Assembly: GCA_943704425.1 (NCBI GenBank)
Contig: CALSCP010001214.1
Coordinates: 19,606-83,605, forward strand
From: Ministeria vibrans ATCC 50519
Lineage: Eukaryota; Protista; Filasterea
Direction of reading: 5' to 3'
DNA: 64,000 nt
Shown here: positions 34,552 to 45,374 of the stretch, piece by piece
How the letters are laid out: each line of letters opens with the position of its first letter
Numbering within the stretch: position 1 is the stretch's first letter
Program-made: the position numbers and the translations under genes
The notes under the pieces: generated by a model
The model's database searches: none
The model's input: the letters and a program-made list of their open reading frames with translations, nothing else
What the model was told of the DNA's origin: nothing

Positions 34552-35127
34552 ATGCAATGCCGTCTGTCCAAACCGGCCGTGCACAGTACCCTGACAATCC
34601 CTTGCGCTCTCCACTCGCCCTGACACCCTCCTCCACCCCCCCCTCGCCTCCCACCCACGTGCAGCCTTGGCCAGAATAATCCATTGTCTGTCGAAGGTCG
34701 GCGAAGACCTCTACTTCGAGGCACATCTCGAAGAGGTTCGTTTCAAACGCGTTTTTGCAACGCGCGCCCAAAAAAAAAAACATAAACTGCCGTCTCGTTG
34801 ACTGGCCCTGCCTGCTGTGGCTCTCGCTCATGAACTGTGCATCGGCAGAGGCATGCTGGTGGATTGGACTGATGATGTTTGTTATATTATTTTTTGGTGT
34901 GTGTGTTTTGGGTGTTTGTTGGTCGAACATTCGTTTGCGTTTCTGACAATTTCGCATTGTTCTATCAACTCTGCAGCTCGTGGTGCGCTCCATGAACAAC
35001 TCACGATCGGCCTTTGGACGATTTCGACTCAATCTGGGCTTCTTTGAGGAGTATACACTTGACGAGCCGGACAACAGCTACGCCATCAAGTGCAAAGTGA
35101 ACATGCGCGTAAGTGAGAAAGAAAGAG

Positions 35128-35220
<93 letters not shown>

Positions 35221-35604
35221 CTGGGCCTCACACTCACACATGTACTATCGTGTTCCACTTCTTTGTACGTCTTTTCTTTCAGTCGTGCTTGCATGCGTTT
35301 CGATCACTGTCGCTTATTGAGCGCACCGTCGAGGGCTGTCTAATGACCATCGATTCGAGCGAGTGTGTCGTTTCTTTCCGAATGCTCTGCACCCAAAGCA
35401 TCGCCCGGTGCTACATACTTCCGTTCAATGAGAGCGACTCACTCGTCGTCAATTTCAATCGAAACAACTGTGCCAATTGCTTTGTGGCGTCACCCGCTGT
35501 GCTCGCCGACTGCTTCGCCAAGTTCCCCACTAAGCTTGACGAAATCACTCTGACTTTTACAGAGACATCCATGTCTGCCCGAAGTGCCATTGATGACTCA
35601 GGTA

Positions 35605-35643
<39 letters not shown>

Positions 35644-37143
35644 TACATACATATACATACATACACACACACACCACAAAGTCACACCACATATGCACGC
35701 ACTACCAAAAACACTAAGCACTAAGCACAACTGAACACATTCGCACCGATCACATATGTGCACACACAGAGAAAGAGAGAAAACACACGTACATACATAT
35801 GTATGTATATATATATATTATATTATAGCTTTATATATATAATACATGCACCCACCATGCATATAAACACTCGCATACCATTGGACTGTTTATATTTCCT
35901 GATCTACTGACTTTTGGTGTCTTGCTTTCTCTCAGTCGATCTGAATCAGCTGCTTCAAACCGAACTGAAACTTGATGCAGCTGAATTTACTCGATTCTCC
36001 ATTGCCAAGAACACAGAAGTATGCGAACTCCGTGCACACATGTGGTGGCGACAGCCAATCCAATTGTTTTTGTGTAGATTACATTTTGCTTGCGGGAATT
36101 GCGTGCCATCATTGCCTTTTGCGAAGCTGGTAACTACCTTCCGCTTGAGTTTGGTTCCGATGCACCCGGAAAGTAAGTTTGTAATCGATCCATGACGTGT
36201 CTCTGAGTGTGTCTGTCTCAGACCGATCATTGTGACGGTGGACCAGGAAGCATCGTACATTGCGCACATTGTGCTGGCGACACTGGCAAACAGCAGTACC
36301 AGCGGTGTGACCCAAGACACAGATCCATCGAGCAGCAATGCGTGCAGTGCCGCTCAAAACCACCAAAACCAGCAACACCAGCAGCAGCAACAACACTTCT
36401 CACCACAAGGAGGGCAGCTCTCTCGCGCCGACGACGACGACGACGACGACTATGCTGCCGATGCGGCTATTATGGCCATTGACAACGATCTCTCTCAGGG
36501 TGTTCTCCCGCAACACTCTCCACTGACACCACACACTCCTCAACAAAAATCAACCACCATCACTCTGGACTCGCCGCTGCGCAGACCACTGCGTGACTCC
36601 CCACAGTTGCCCAGCAGCGATGCTCCCATGCCCACCATTGGCAGCAGTGGCGCAGTTGCCCCCGTGTGCCCTCCCACTCCGGGCACCCCTCGTCTTCTCC
36701 AGGCTCTCCGTAGCACAGGCGGTGAAGGGTTTCGCGATGACGATGAAAGTGATGATAGTAACGGTGATGGTGAACCAAACGAACACGTAAGTCAATTAAT
36801 TATTCATTTTCTCCACTCGCCAGCTCACTCGCTTTGTATCTCACTAGTCCGACAACGATGACTACGTGGCTGCAACTCCTCCTCGAAAGAAGGTATCGAA
36901 AAAGAACAAAATATTATTATTATAATATTATATTGTTATTCTTCTTATTCTTATTATTACATGAATAAATGGGTTGTATTCTTCTTCTTCTTATTCTTAT
37001 TATTAGAATAATTTATTATTATTATTAATGGCATCCTTTTTTTTCCTTTGCAGTACAAATCCATCTTTTCAAAGGGTGGTAACTTTGACGATGGCGACGA
37101 CGACGAAGAGGACGATGACGATCAAGACACGACTGACATGTAA
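34552..37143 (+). CDS. RAD9: Checkpoint clamp (9-1-1) subunit RAD9, multi-exon
   Basis: MQCRLSKPAVHTLARIIHCLSKVGEDLYFEA, LVVRSMNNSRSAFGRF, ITFCLRELRAIIAF, AHIVLATL, and a disordered tail with VAATPPRKK|YKSIF (compare human TPPPKKFRSLF). Stop TAA at 37141-37143. Confidence 0.92.
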
Positions 37144-37221
37144 ACCCAATTCATTACAATATATTGTAGAACACACAAGAACACAAAAAGACTCGCTCGA
37201 CTTTTGTATTTTTCTCGTTGC

Positions 37222-40200
37222 TCAAGAGGAACTCAAATCCATTGCGTTGGAGGAGGAGTGCTGTTGAGACGACTGAACTGCCGAAAATTTCGCTGAAAGT
37301 GCAGCATTGCCACTCACAAGCGAAAGGAGCTCACGCAGTTTCGCATTGGAACCTGAAAAGAGAGAGACACATGGGGGCAAGTGTGAAAAAATGCGAGTTG
37401 AGCTTAAAAAGAATGGGTGTTCGTACCAACATCAGGAATGGTACTGATAGAAGAAAGACACTGCATCGCAGACGAAATCATTTCTTGATTCTTGTCCACC
37501 TAACACCACCACCAACAATAACAACAACAAAAAAGGTATAGTGAAGTGTTAGGCAAACACAGACCCAGACACAAACATGGCAAATTGTACCTCTTGCTTG
37601 ACGGCCTTTTCGGCGACTCGAGTCGTAATGGTTGCCTTGAGAGTGTCCACCACAGCATCAAGGTGATGGACTACCACGGGCGCCTTGGTGCTCGCAAGAC
37701 GTGACAGCATCATGTGACAAAGCATCTTAATGTCGTACTGGTCCTGACACCTAAAACATGAAAAGTAAAACCAATCTTTTTAATTAATACTATTATAATA
37801 ATAATAAAAAATTAAAGATAGCGCGGGAAGCGGGCGCTTTCATGGTCGAAAAAAATGGGCACATAGAGTCCCAGCGTTTCGAGGATTGCCACCAGATCCG
37901 TCGACACGGTGTGCACAATGACATCCAGGGCGACCCGGTATAATATTATCATTATTATTAGTAATTTTTATGTTGCTTGCACACTGCATACTAAACACTC
38001 TCTGATTCTGCTTTTTTTTTGCGTGATTTGTTGTCAATTTCTTACCCACGAATGACATACTCCAGGAAATCAAAGGGACTGATCATGTCGAGACAGGTCT
38101 CTTGCAGCGTGTACATGCACTCAAAGGCAGCCTTGCGTGCCGTGAGTCCATCATCGACAGTGTGCGAAAACGGACCCATTTTGACTTCGCGAATGAGGTC
38201 CGCATTGATGTTGGTCTGGTTGTAAAGGGCGGGCAGCAGCTGTTCAAGGTGATCGCGGAGAACGGCGGGTCGACTGCGTGCCGCCGAATTGAACGTGACC
38301 AGAGCAATGCGACGCACAAATATTTCAGGATCGGCAATGAGCTTGAGGAAGCCAAGAATGTACTGAGGCAGGATGGCGTCGACAGCGTTACGCGTGTGCG
38401 GGTCAGATGTAAGCGTGAATTTGATGGCGGCGACAGCGGCGGAGCGCGCAAACGACGACTCAGACTGGAGGAGAGTCGCCAATCGTGCAAAGAGCTCGGC
38501 GGGTGAGGTTAGAGTGAGTTTGCCAATGCACTCGGCAATCACCGTGTGCGTGCCTTCCTCGTTGTTCGCGCAGTTGGTAAACAGTATGGACCAAATACCG
38601 TCAATAAAGGGTTGCAACTGCGCAATGCCCTCGGGCGTGCTCGCCTGGATGGTGATTGTTTCACGTAGAGCCTGCAACAAAAGGTACTGGCGCGTAGGCT
38701 GCTCGCGAATGGCCGCCTCGAGACGCGGCAAGAACACCGCCATGTTACCAACCGCAACGCAACCAAGCGCATATGACGCGGCCGCCTTCACCTCCTCGCA
38801 TTGATCCGTGATCGACGAGAAAAGTACCTGCTGAATGGAATCGTAGGCGCTCAAATCGTTATGACGACCAATCTCGCCGACCGACAGCAGCGCCAACAGA
38901 CGTACGCTGTCGGATGCACCCGACGCAGGTGCGAGGTCCCCTAAAAACTTGTTGACCACATCCGAAATGCCACCGTTGTTAGCGCTACACACGGCCGCAA
39001 CAAACTTGGCGGTGGTTGCAAAGGCTTGCTTGGGCAACACAAGTGAGACCACACCAGAACCCCCCGCGGGGGCAGCGGCTGCTGCTGCGGCGACGGCAGG
39101 TACAGCGGACATGGATGTGGGTGCGAGTGTTTCAGGGTGGTAGACGGGAGCAACAAGGGCATCGAGCAACGAGGTGCTGTTGAGTCCGTCGCGTTCCATC
39201 ATGGCAACGCGTCGAAGCAACTGAACAAGTGCCGTGAGAGCGCCACCCTGGAGAAGAGGCGACTTGACAAGCTTTAGAAGCACGTTAATAAGTGAGGTGG
39301 AACGTGTCGAAGAGGTAAGCAGGAGCGCGGCGGCCGCATTGACGGGGCCCAGACAGTCCAAGATGTCCTCAAGAAGCTGGAGTGCGAGGTGTGCCAAGTA
39401 GAGGTCGGTGTCGCCTAGGAGCGCGACCAGTTCGTCGAGGAGTGTCGTGATGAGCGTGTCGCTGCGAGCTGACTGGCAGCGCACAATAGTGGCGCGCAAT
39501 GCAGACAGAGCGGCAACGCGGAGAGGACGGCTGTTCTTGCGGAGAAAGCCGGTTAGGGTCTCGACGGCGTCGGCGGCTACCGGCGTCACGTCAATAGCAA
39601 GGGGTGTCGAAGCAATGAGACAGAAAACGCGGGCGCTTGTAAGACGCGTCATTTCGGAACGGAGACGCTCGACAAGAGAGCCAAGAGCGATGGACAGGTG
39701 ATCACCAAGGGCGTCGCCCATGTTGGCAATGAGACGACCAACGCAAACGATGCTACGCTCCTTCACCTCCTGGTCGACATCGGTGGCGCACAGACGTTCC
39801 ATGGCGCACGTGTAGATACCTTCAAGGTGGGGCACAAACTCAAAGACGAGGTCCGAGTCGGTGTCGGGTGCGAGTGGCCGCATGCAGCGTACGAGAAGAG
39901 CAAGGAGTGCAAGTGCCTCGCTGGACACCTTGTAGAAGGAGTCGCCAACGGCGGCGACCGTGCTGCGCACCAGCAGGGCAGCGTGCGTATGGAACACCGA
40001 CGGACGATGCGTAGCAACGAGTGTTTGCAAGAGTTGAAGAGCGTTGACGCGCAGGTTCGAAGTGACACCCTTCTCGTCAACCGAGTAGATGATGCCCGGC
40101 AGAAGTGCCCCCAATTGGTTGCCAAGGATGCCTGGCTGCGAGGTGGCGAGCTGGCGAAGCAGGGTGAACACAGCCTGACGTGCCTTGGGGCTCTTGTCCT

Positions 40201-41677
40201 TGAACAGTTTGCGCACAGCACGCACCAGACGCGGCACATCGCTGGCAATCATTACGCCAACGTCCGAGAAGAGCTCCATGGGCGCAGCAACTGTTGAGGC
40301 ACTCACGCTACTGAGCACGGCAGTTGACGCCTGAGCGCCCAGCATGGCTGACGAGGACACATCGAGAAGATCGTGATGGCTGTGCGCGAGCGACTGCGAC
40401 GCCTGACGCAGCATTTCGACGTAAGTTGCGATGATTTCCACCTTGACATTTTCTTCGCGCTCCTTGAAGCGCGACAGTAGCTTGGCCGAGATGGTCTGGA
40501 AGATCTCACTGAGATGGTGACCCTGCATAGTGACAACAGAGAGGAGGCACTTGGCCGAGGCACGGCGAACCTTCCAGCTCATATCCTCGTCGTCGGCATA
40601 GTCATCGTCGTCGGCATAGTCGTCATCGTCGTTGTTGTCGTCGTCGCCACCAAAGTCGTTGTCGACGTCCTCCACGTCCATTGCCGTCTGGTTGTCGCCG
40701 TTGGCCTCCTCCTCATCGTCGTCGTCGTAGTTGTAGTTGGGATCGTAAGAGACCAGTTCGAGACACAGCTCGACGACGCTTGGAAGATGACACTCCATCG
40801 ACTTGATGCAGCCCACAACCATAAGGGCGAGAGCATGAATGCAACCTTCACGGAGTTCGTCACCTTCGCCGTCGTCTTCGCGAGCGCGAGCCAAATCGAG
40901 CAAGAGCGGTACAACAGTGGCCACATGGGGTGCCATGCGCTGACCCACACGACGAGCAACAACACCGAGACAGTTCACATAGGTCTGGAGCAACTCGGTA
41001 TTGCCAGAACAGGCGTCGAGACCCGAAAGAAGCTGGTCCATGAGGTTGGAGAAGAGTGAGTCGGCGGCGGATGCGACTGCACGACCAAGTGCCACGGTGA
41101 CACGCTTGCGTACCACCGCTCGCGGATGATCAAGCAACGGGACAAGAGCTTGCTGAATGGTCTTTTGCTTGGAACTAAGCGCCGGACCAAAGCGCGAAAG
41201 AAGCTCACTGAGCACCTCAAGAGACTCGAGAAGGACGCTCACGTCAGCAACGAGTGTCGCAGCGCCAAGCAGACGGTCCACAAGATGGCGTGTCACAGTG
41301 GTCGAGTGTGGCGAGTCGACAGGCAGTTGTTGAAGAACAGCCTTGATGCCTGGGAAGAAACAGCAAGAAAATGGAATGTATCAACGGGTGTATTTGTGAT
41401 GATTGTATTATAATAATAATAATAGTTCTGTGTATGTGTGTATATATATGCATGTGCTTAGTGTGTGCTTAGTGTGTGTGTGCTTAGTATGTGCTTAGCA
41501 CTTTGTGCTTTGCTTGTTGTTAGTGTGTGTCTGTATGTGCTTAGTGCGTGTGCGTGGTGCATACCAACAGCAGAAATGTCGCGAAGTTGCTCTGTGTCCG
41601 ACAGGACATTGTCGCACAGCGTGTTAAGGAACTCGGTGATCTGAGCGTCACGAAGACTTCGCGTCAATGGAGCCAAG
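37222..41677 (-). CDS. CAND1: Cullin-associated NEDD8-dissociated protein 1 (HEAT repeats, TIP120 domain), 5'-partial
   Basis: CDNVLSDTEQLRDISAVG, SYDPNYNY, DDEDMSWKVRRASAKCL, RFKEREENVK, DVDQEVKERSI, EEGTHTVIAECIGKL and LIREVKMGPFSHTVDDGLTARKAAFECMYTL; ends AMDLSSS*. The first ~70 aa are missing, probably in the gap at 42054-42063. Confidence 0.96.
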
Positions 41678-42063
41678 CTGTGAAAGAGATGAGTCAGCAG
41701 AGAATAAGAGAACCTTCGTGAGTCACAATTCCATTATGAAACATATTGAAGCAGAGAATCGTGCAGTACGGGGAGAGAAGAGGTAGCATAGGTAGAACGA
41801 GGCAGGTGTAGGGTATGGCGAAGTAAGCTAGGGCACTATGAAGGGCGCAGGGAAGGACGAGAAAGTGGCAGGTCGGGTTGACAAGACACAAAAACAGTCT
41901 TGGGAGTGTTCTTGTCCACCGAGACGACGCAGAGGCAGCGGCAGCATGCGTATAAGTAAACGAAGGTGTCGATGCGACAAAATCCACGCTGGGGTTGATA
42001 TAAAATATGTTGGCAGGAGCGCAGTTTTCTTTTTTTTTTTTTTTTTTTTTTTTNNNNNNNNNN

Positions 42064-42106
<43 letters not shown>

Positions 42107-42108
42107 AG

Positions 42109-43242
42109 CTGATTGTGAATGGACGGAAGTGGTGGAGCAGCGGGGCGGGAGACCCACGATGCAAGATTGCGATTGTGATGGGCGTGGTGGTGGGTGCGGA
42201 TGGGGAGCGGGAAAACCACAGTGCACACAGTGCGCACACGATGCTGCTGGTTCCTCTGGACACCCCTGGGTTCACCAAGGTCCGCCCGTTGACTGTCTTT
42301 GGCTATGACGATGCTCCCCATGGCCATTTGGAGGTCCGCTTTGACAATGTCAGGGTCCCCGCCTCTAATATTATTCTTGGGCCGGGAAGGGGCTTTGAGA
42401 TTGCCCAAGGTACTGAGTACCCGAACCCGTAGTGACAAAAGCGTAACCCTATATGTATATATATACTGCACTCTCCACATTCTCCTTAGGCCGACTGGGT
42501 CCTGGTCGCATCCATCACTGTATGCGGCTCATTGGACTGGCTGAGCGCTGCTATGATCAAATGATGAAACGAGTAAGGGGAAGAGAGGGATTTTAAAAGT
42601 GTCGATTCATCTCGTTTACTCTACTCCTCGCTGTTTAGGTCACGACACGCATTGCATTTGGCAAACCATTGGCATTCCAAGGAACTATTTTGCGGGACAT
42701 TGCTGACTCGCGAATGGAGATTGAGCAGGCGCGTTTGCTGACACTGCAGGCGGCGCATCTGGTGAGTGCGCATGGGAACAGGGCGGCGCGCAGGGCCGTC
42801 TCGATGATCAAGGTGGTCGCGCCCAACATGGCAGTGCGGGTGGTGGACAGGGCTATCCAGGTAGACACAGTGTAGCAGACTGGCTGAGAGAGTGAAACAC
42901 AGAGAGCGGAGAGAGAAACAAAGTGACAAGAGGGACAAAATGTTTTTTTTTGCGTGCTCACTTTGTTTTGTCTCTGCCGATGTCGACGTAGGCCCATGGC
43001 GGTGCGGGTGTGTCGCAGGACTTTTTTCTTGCGTATGCGTACATTGGAGCTCGCAGTCTGCGCATTGCCGATGGCCCCGATGAGGTAATCCCCCCCTCCG
43101 CCCCCACTCCCTCTTCACCCTAAATTACTTTTATTATCATGATGACACTACTGATTTCTCTTCTCCTCTTTCTCTTTGAAAGGTACATCGTATGGTCATT
43201 GCTCGAGGAGAACTCAAGCCTTACTTCAAATCCAACATGTGA
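42109..43242 (+). CDS. ACAD10/ACAD11: Acyl-CoA dehydrogenase of the ACAD10/ACAD11 type, 3' part only, with a PTS1-like C-terminus (SNM)
   Basis: [47 protein letters not shown]|[47 protein letters not shown]|VH and PYFKSNM*. Confidence 0.92.
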
Positions 43243-43313
43243 TGTCTTGCCTTTCCGTCTTCCTTTTTCTTTTACAACAATAATAAGAATTGAAACAATA
43301 ACACATTCATCGA

Positions 43314-44288
43314 CTAAGTTAAGTAATTCCTTGCACGAAACTCGGCAATGACCGACTCTGAGGCAAAGCGACGGGCCCAGCCAAGCACAAAGTCACAGGG
43401 CACAACACGGCGATCAGCGAGCAGGAGACGGACAGTCTCGGCAGAGCCGCTTTCACAGGCATACTTGAGACAGCTGAAAGACCCCACGGCAGTCGAGGGG
43501 TCTGCGCGTCCGTCTGCAAGCAGTGCCTCGACGATGGGCGCATCGCCACTGCGGCACGCAATGCGAAGGGAGAACTCGCCGCGTCCGCCTGGATCCGCAC
43601 GACCGTCCGCCAGCAGCAGTCGTACAATGGCGCAGTGCGATTGCTCGCAGGCATAGCGCAGGCAGTCGCTTGACGCAGCCGCTGGATCCGCTCGCCCGTC
43701 CGCAAGCAGCCACTCAACCATCTCGCGGTTGCCGTGGTAGCTTGCCGAGCGCAGAATGCGGCTTTCGTCGACGCTAGGGTCGGCCTGCGGGTGCTGGAGC
43801 AGGAGGCGGAAGGCAGGCAAGTGGGATGTTCGACAGGGCATCATCGTCAACATTCGACGCGTCACCGCTCGACCATCGTCCAAGAGAAGGCGAAGTGCAT
43901 CCAGGTGAAGATGCTCAATGGTGTCGCCCAGGTTGGTGCTGGTGGGCTGCGCAGAGGGCACAGCGAGCAGAAGACGGACAAGTTCAGTGTGTCCGCCCTG
44001 ACACGCATCGAAGAGCAGCGCCGCCAGATGCTCCGCCAGGAAGTCAACCGCAAAGGGATACTCTCGACGCGCCACACACACACTCCAGGTGCGCGAGAGC
44101 GACAGCATGTAGCTGCACCAGCGGGCGCCCACGAGCCCCTGCGGATGGGCTACCGCAATACTCCGCCATCCGTCCGAGCCGACCACCTCCCACCACCGCT
44201 GGCACGTCCACCGAAACTGCGCTGCTGTCAGAGCATCGCAGTACGTGAGAATGTGAACGAGTAGCTCATCGGGAAGCGTCAGAAGCAT
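43314..44288 (-). CDS. Intronless F-box plus ankyrin-repeat protein (LLADGRADP-type repeats)
   Basis: N-terminal F-box MLLTLPDELLVHILTYCD…FRWTCQRW, followed by about 6 ankyrin repeats of the form LR.AC..G…IV.LLLADGRADP. It is a single uninterrupted ORF. Confidence 0.85.
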   Translation of the reverse strand: MLLTLPDELLVHILTYCDALTAAQFRWTCQRWWEVVGSDGWRSIAVAHPQGLVGARWCSYMLSLSRTWSVCVARREYPFAVDFLAEHLAALLFDACQGGHTELVRLLLAVPSAQPTSTNLGDTIEHLHLDALRLLLDDGRAVTRRMLTMMPCRTSHLPAFRLLLQHPQADPSVDESRILRSASYHGNREMVEWLLADGRADPAAASSDCLRYACEQSHCAIVRLLLADGRADPGGRGEFSLRIACRSGDAPIVEALLADGRADPSTAVGSFSCLKYACESGSAETVRLLLADRRVVPCDFVLGWARRFASESVIAEFRARNYLT

Positions 44289-44395
44289 AAAATAACAGTG
44301 AAATGTGAATAAGAACTTACAAGTCATAAGTTGTATATATCAAATTATCAAAATTATTCGAGTTCCTCCCCTCCACTTTACTGCAGTGAAGCACC

Positions 44396-44595
44396 ATGTT
44401 CTCGAAGAAGAAGACCCCTGCTGAGCGTACGCCACGAGTGTTCCCACAGTGTTTGAATGCTGAATGGATCTTTTTCCCTCTCCTAAAGTCCAACGAGAAC
44501 AGAAGCGCAACCTCAGAGGAGCTCAACGTGACCTGGACCGTGATAAGAGAAACCTGGAGCAACAGGAGCAGAAAATCGTAAGAAAATGTCGATTC

Positions 44596-44637
<42 letters not shown>

Positions 44638-44990
44638 CTCTTTTGGGGGAAAGTTCCAAAAGTCGAAAACGTAAACGATCGACCGGACGTGTAGCGGCCT
44701 TCCCTGGCCGCCAATGCGGGATGTTCTTCCTCTGGGTCATACGCTTCACCCGTATGGGTGTATCCGCCCATGCCCCGTGCTTCAACTCGGCCGGCGTGTC
44801 CGACAGAGACGAATGTTCGCCTCTGAAACACACTCGCTTCGTGTAGGAGGCTGAGATCCGCAAGTACGCCAAGATGGGCAACCAGTCGGCCTGCAAGACA
44901 CTTGCCAAGCAACTCATTCGTCTTCGAGCGCAAAAGAACAAGCTGACGCAAACGAGCGCAACCGTGTCCGCTGTGGGCTTCCGTGCCACC
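44396..44990 (+). CDS. CHMP2B: ESCRT-III subunit CHMP2B/Vps2-like, only the first three exons present (44396-44426, 44490-44577, 44847-44990)
   Basis: MFSKKKTPAELQREQKRNLRGAQRDLDRDKRNLEQQEQKI|EAEIRKYAKMGNQSACKTLAKQLIRLRAQK resembles the CHMP2B N-terminus. No downstream exons were found. Confidence 0.85.
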
Positions 44991-45114
44991 GTACGACACT
45001 CACGCCACTGTAGCGCCCTCACACCTCTCTCTATCACTTTCTCTCCCCCTACCACTTTCTCTCTCTCTGCCACTTTCTCTCTCTCTCTCACACTTTGTTT
45101 CTTTCTCCCTCCTT

Positions 45115-45208
<94 letters not shown>

Positions 45209-45239
45209 AGTCTCTCTCTCTCTCTCTCTCTGATCATGA

Positions 45240-45337
45240 TCAAACTGCCACTGCTTCTTCTTCAGCGTCACGTCTGCGTTCCAACCACTCTGAATTTTCT
45301 CGCGAACGCCCCACATCCACCGCACTTAGTAAGACAC

Positions 45338-45374
<37 letters not shown>

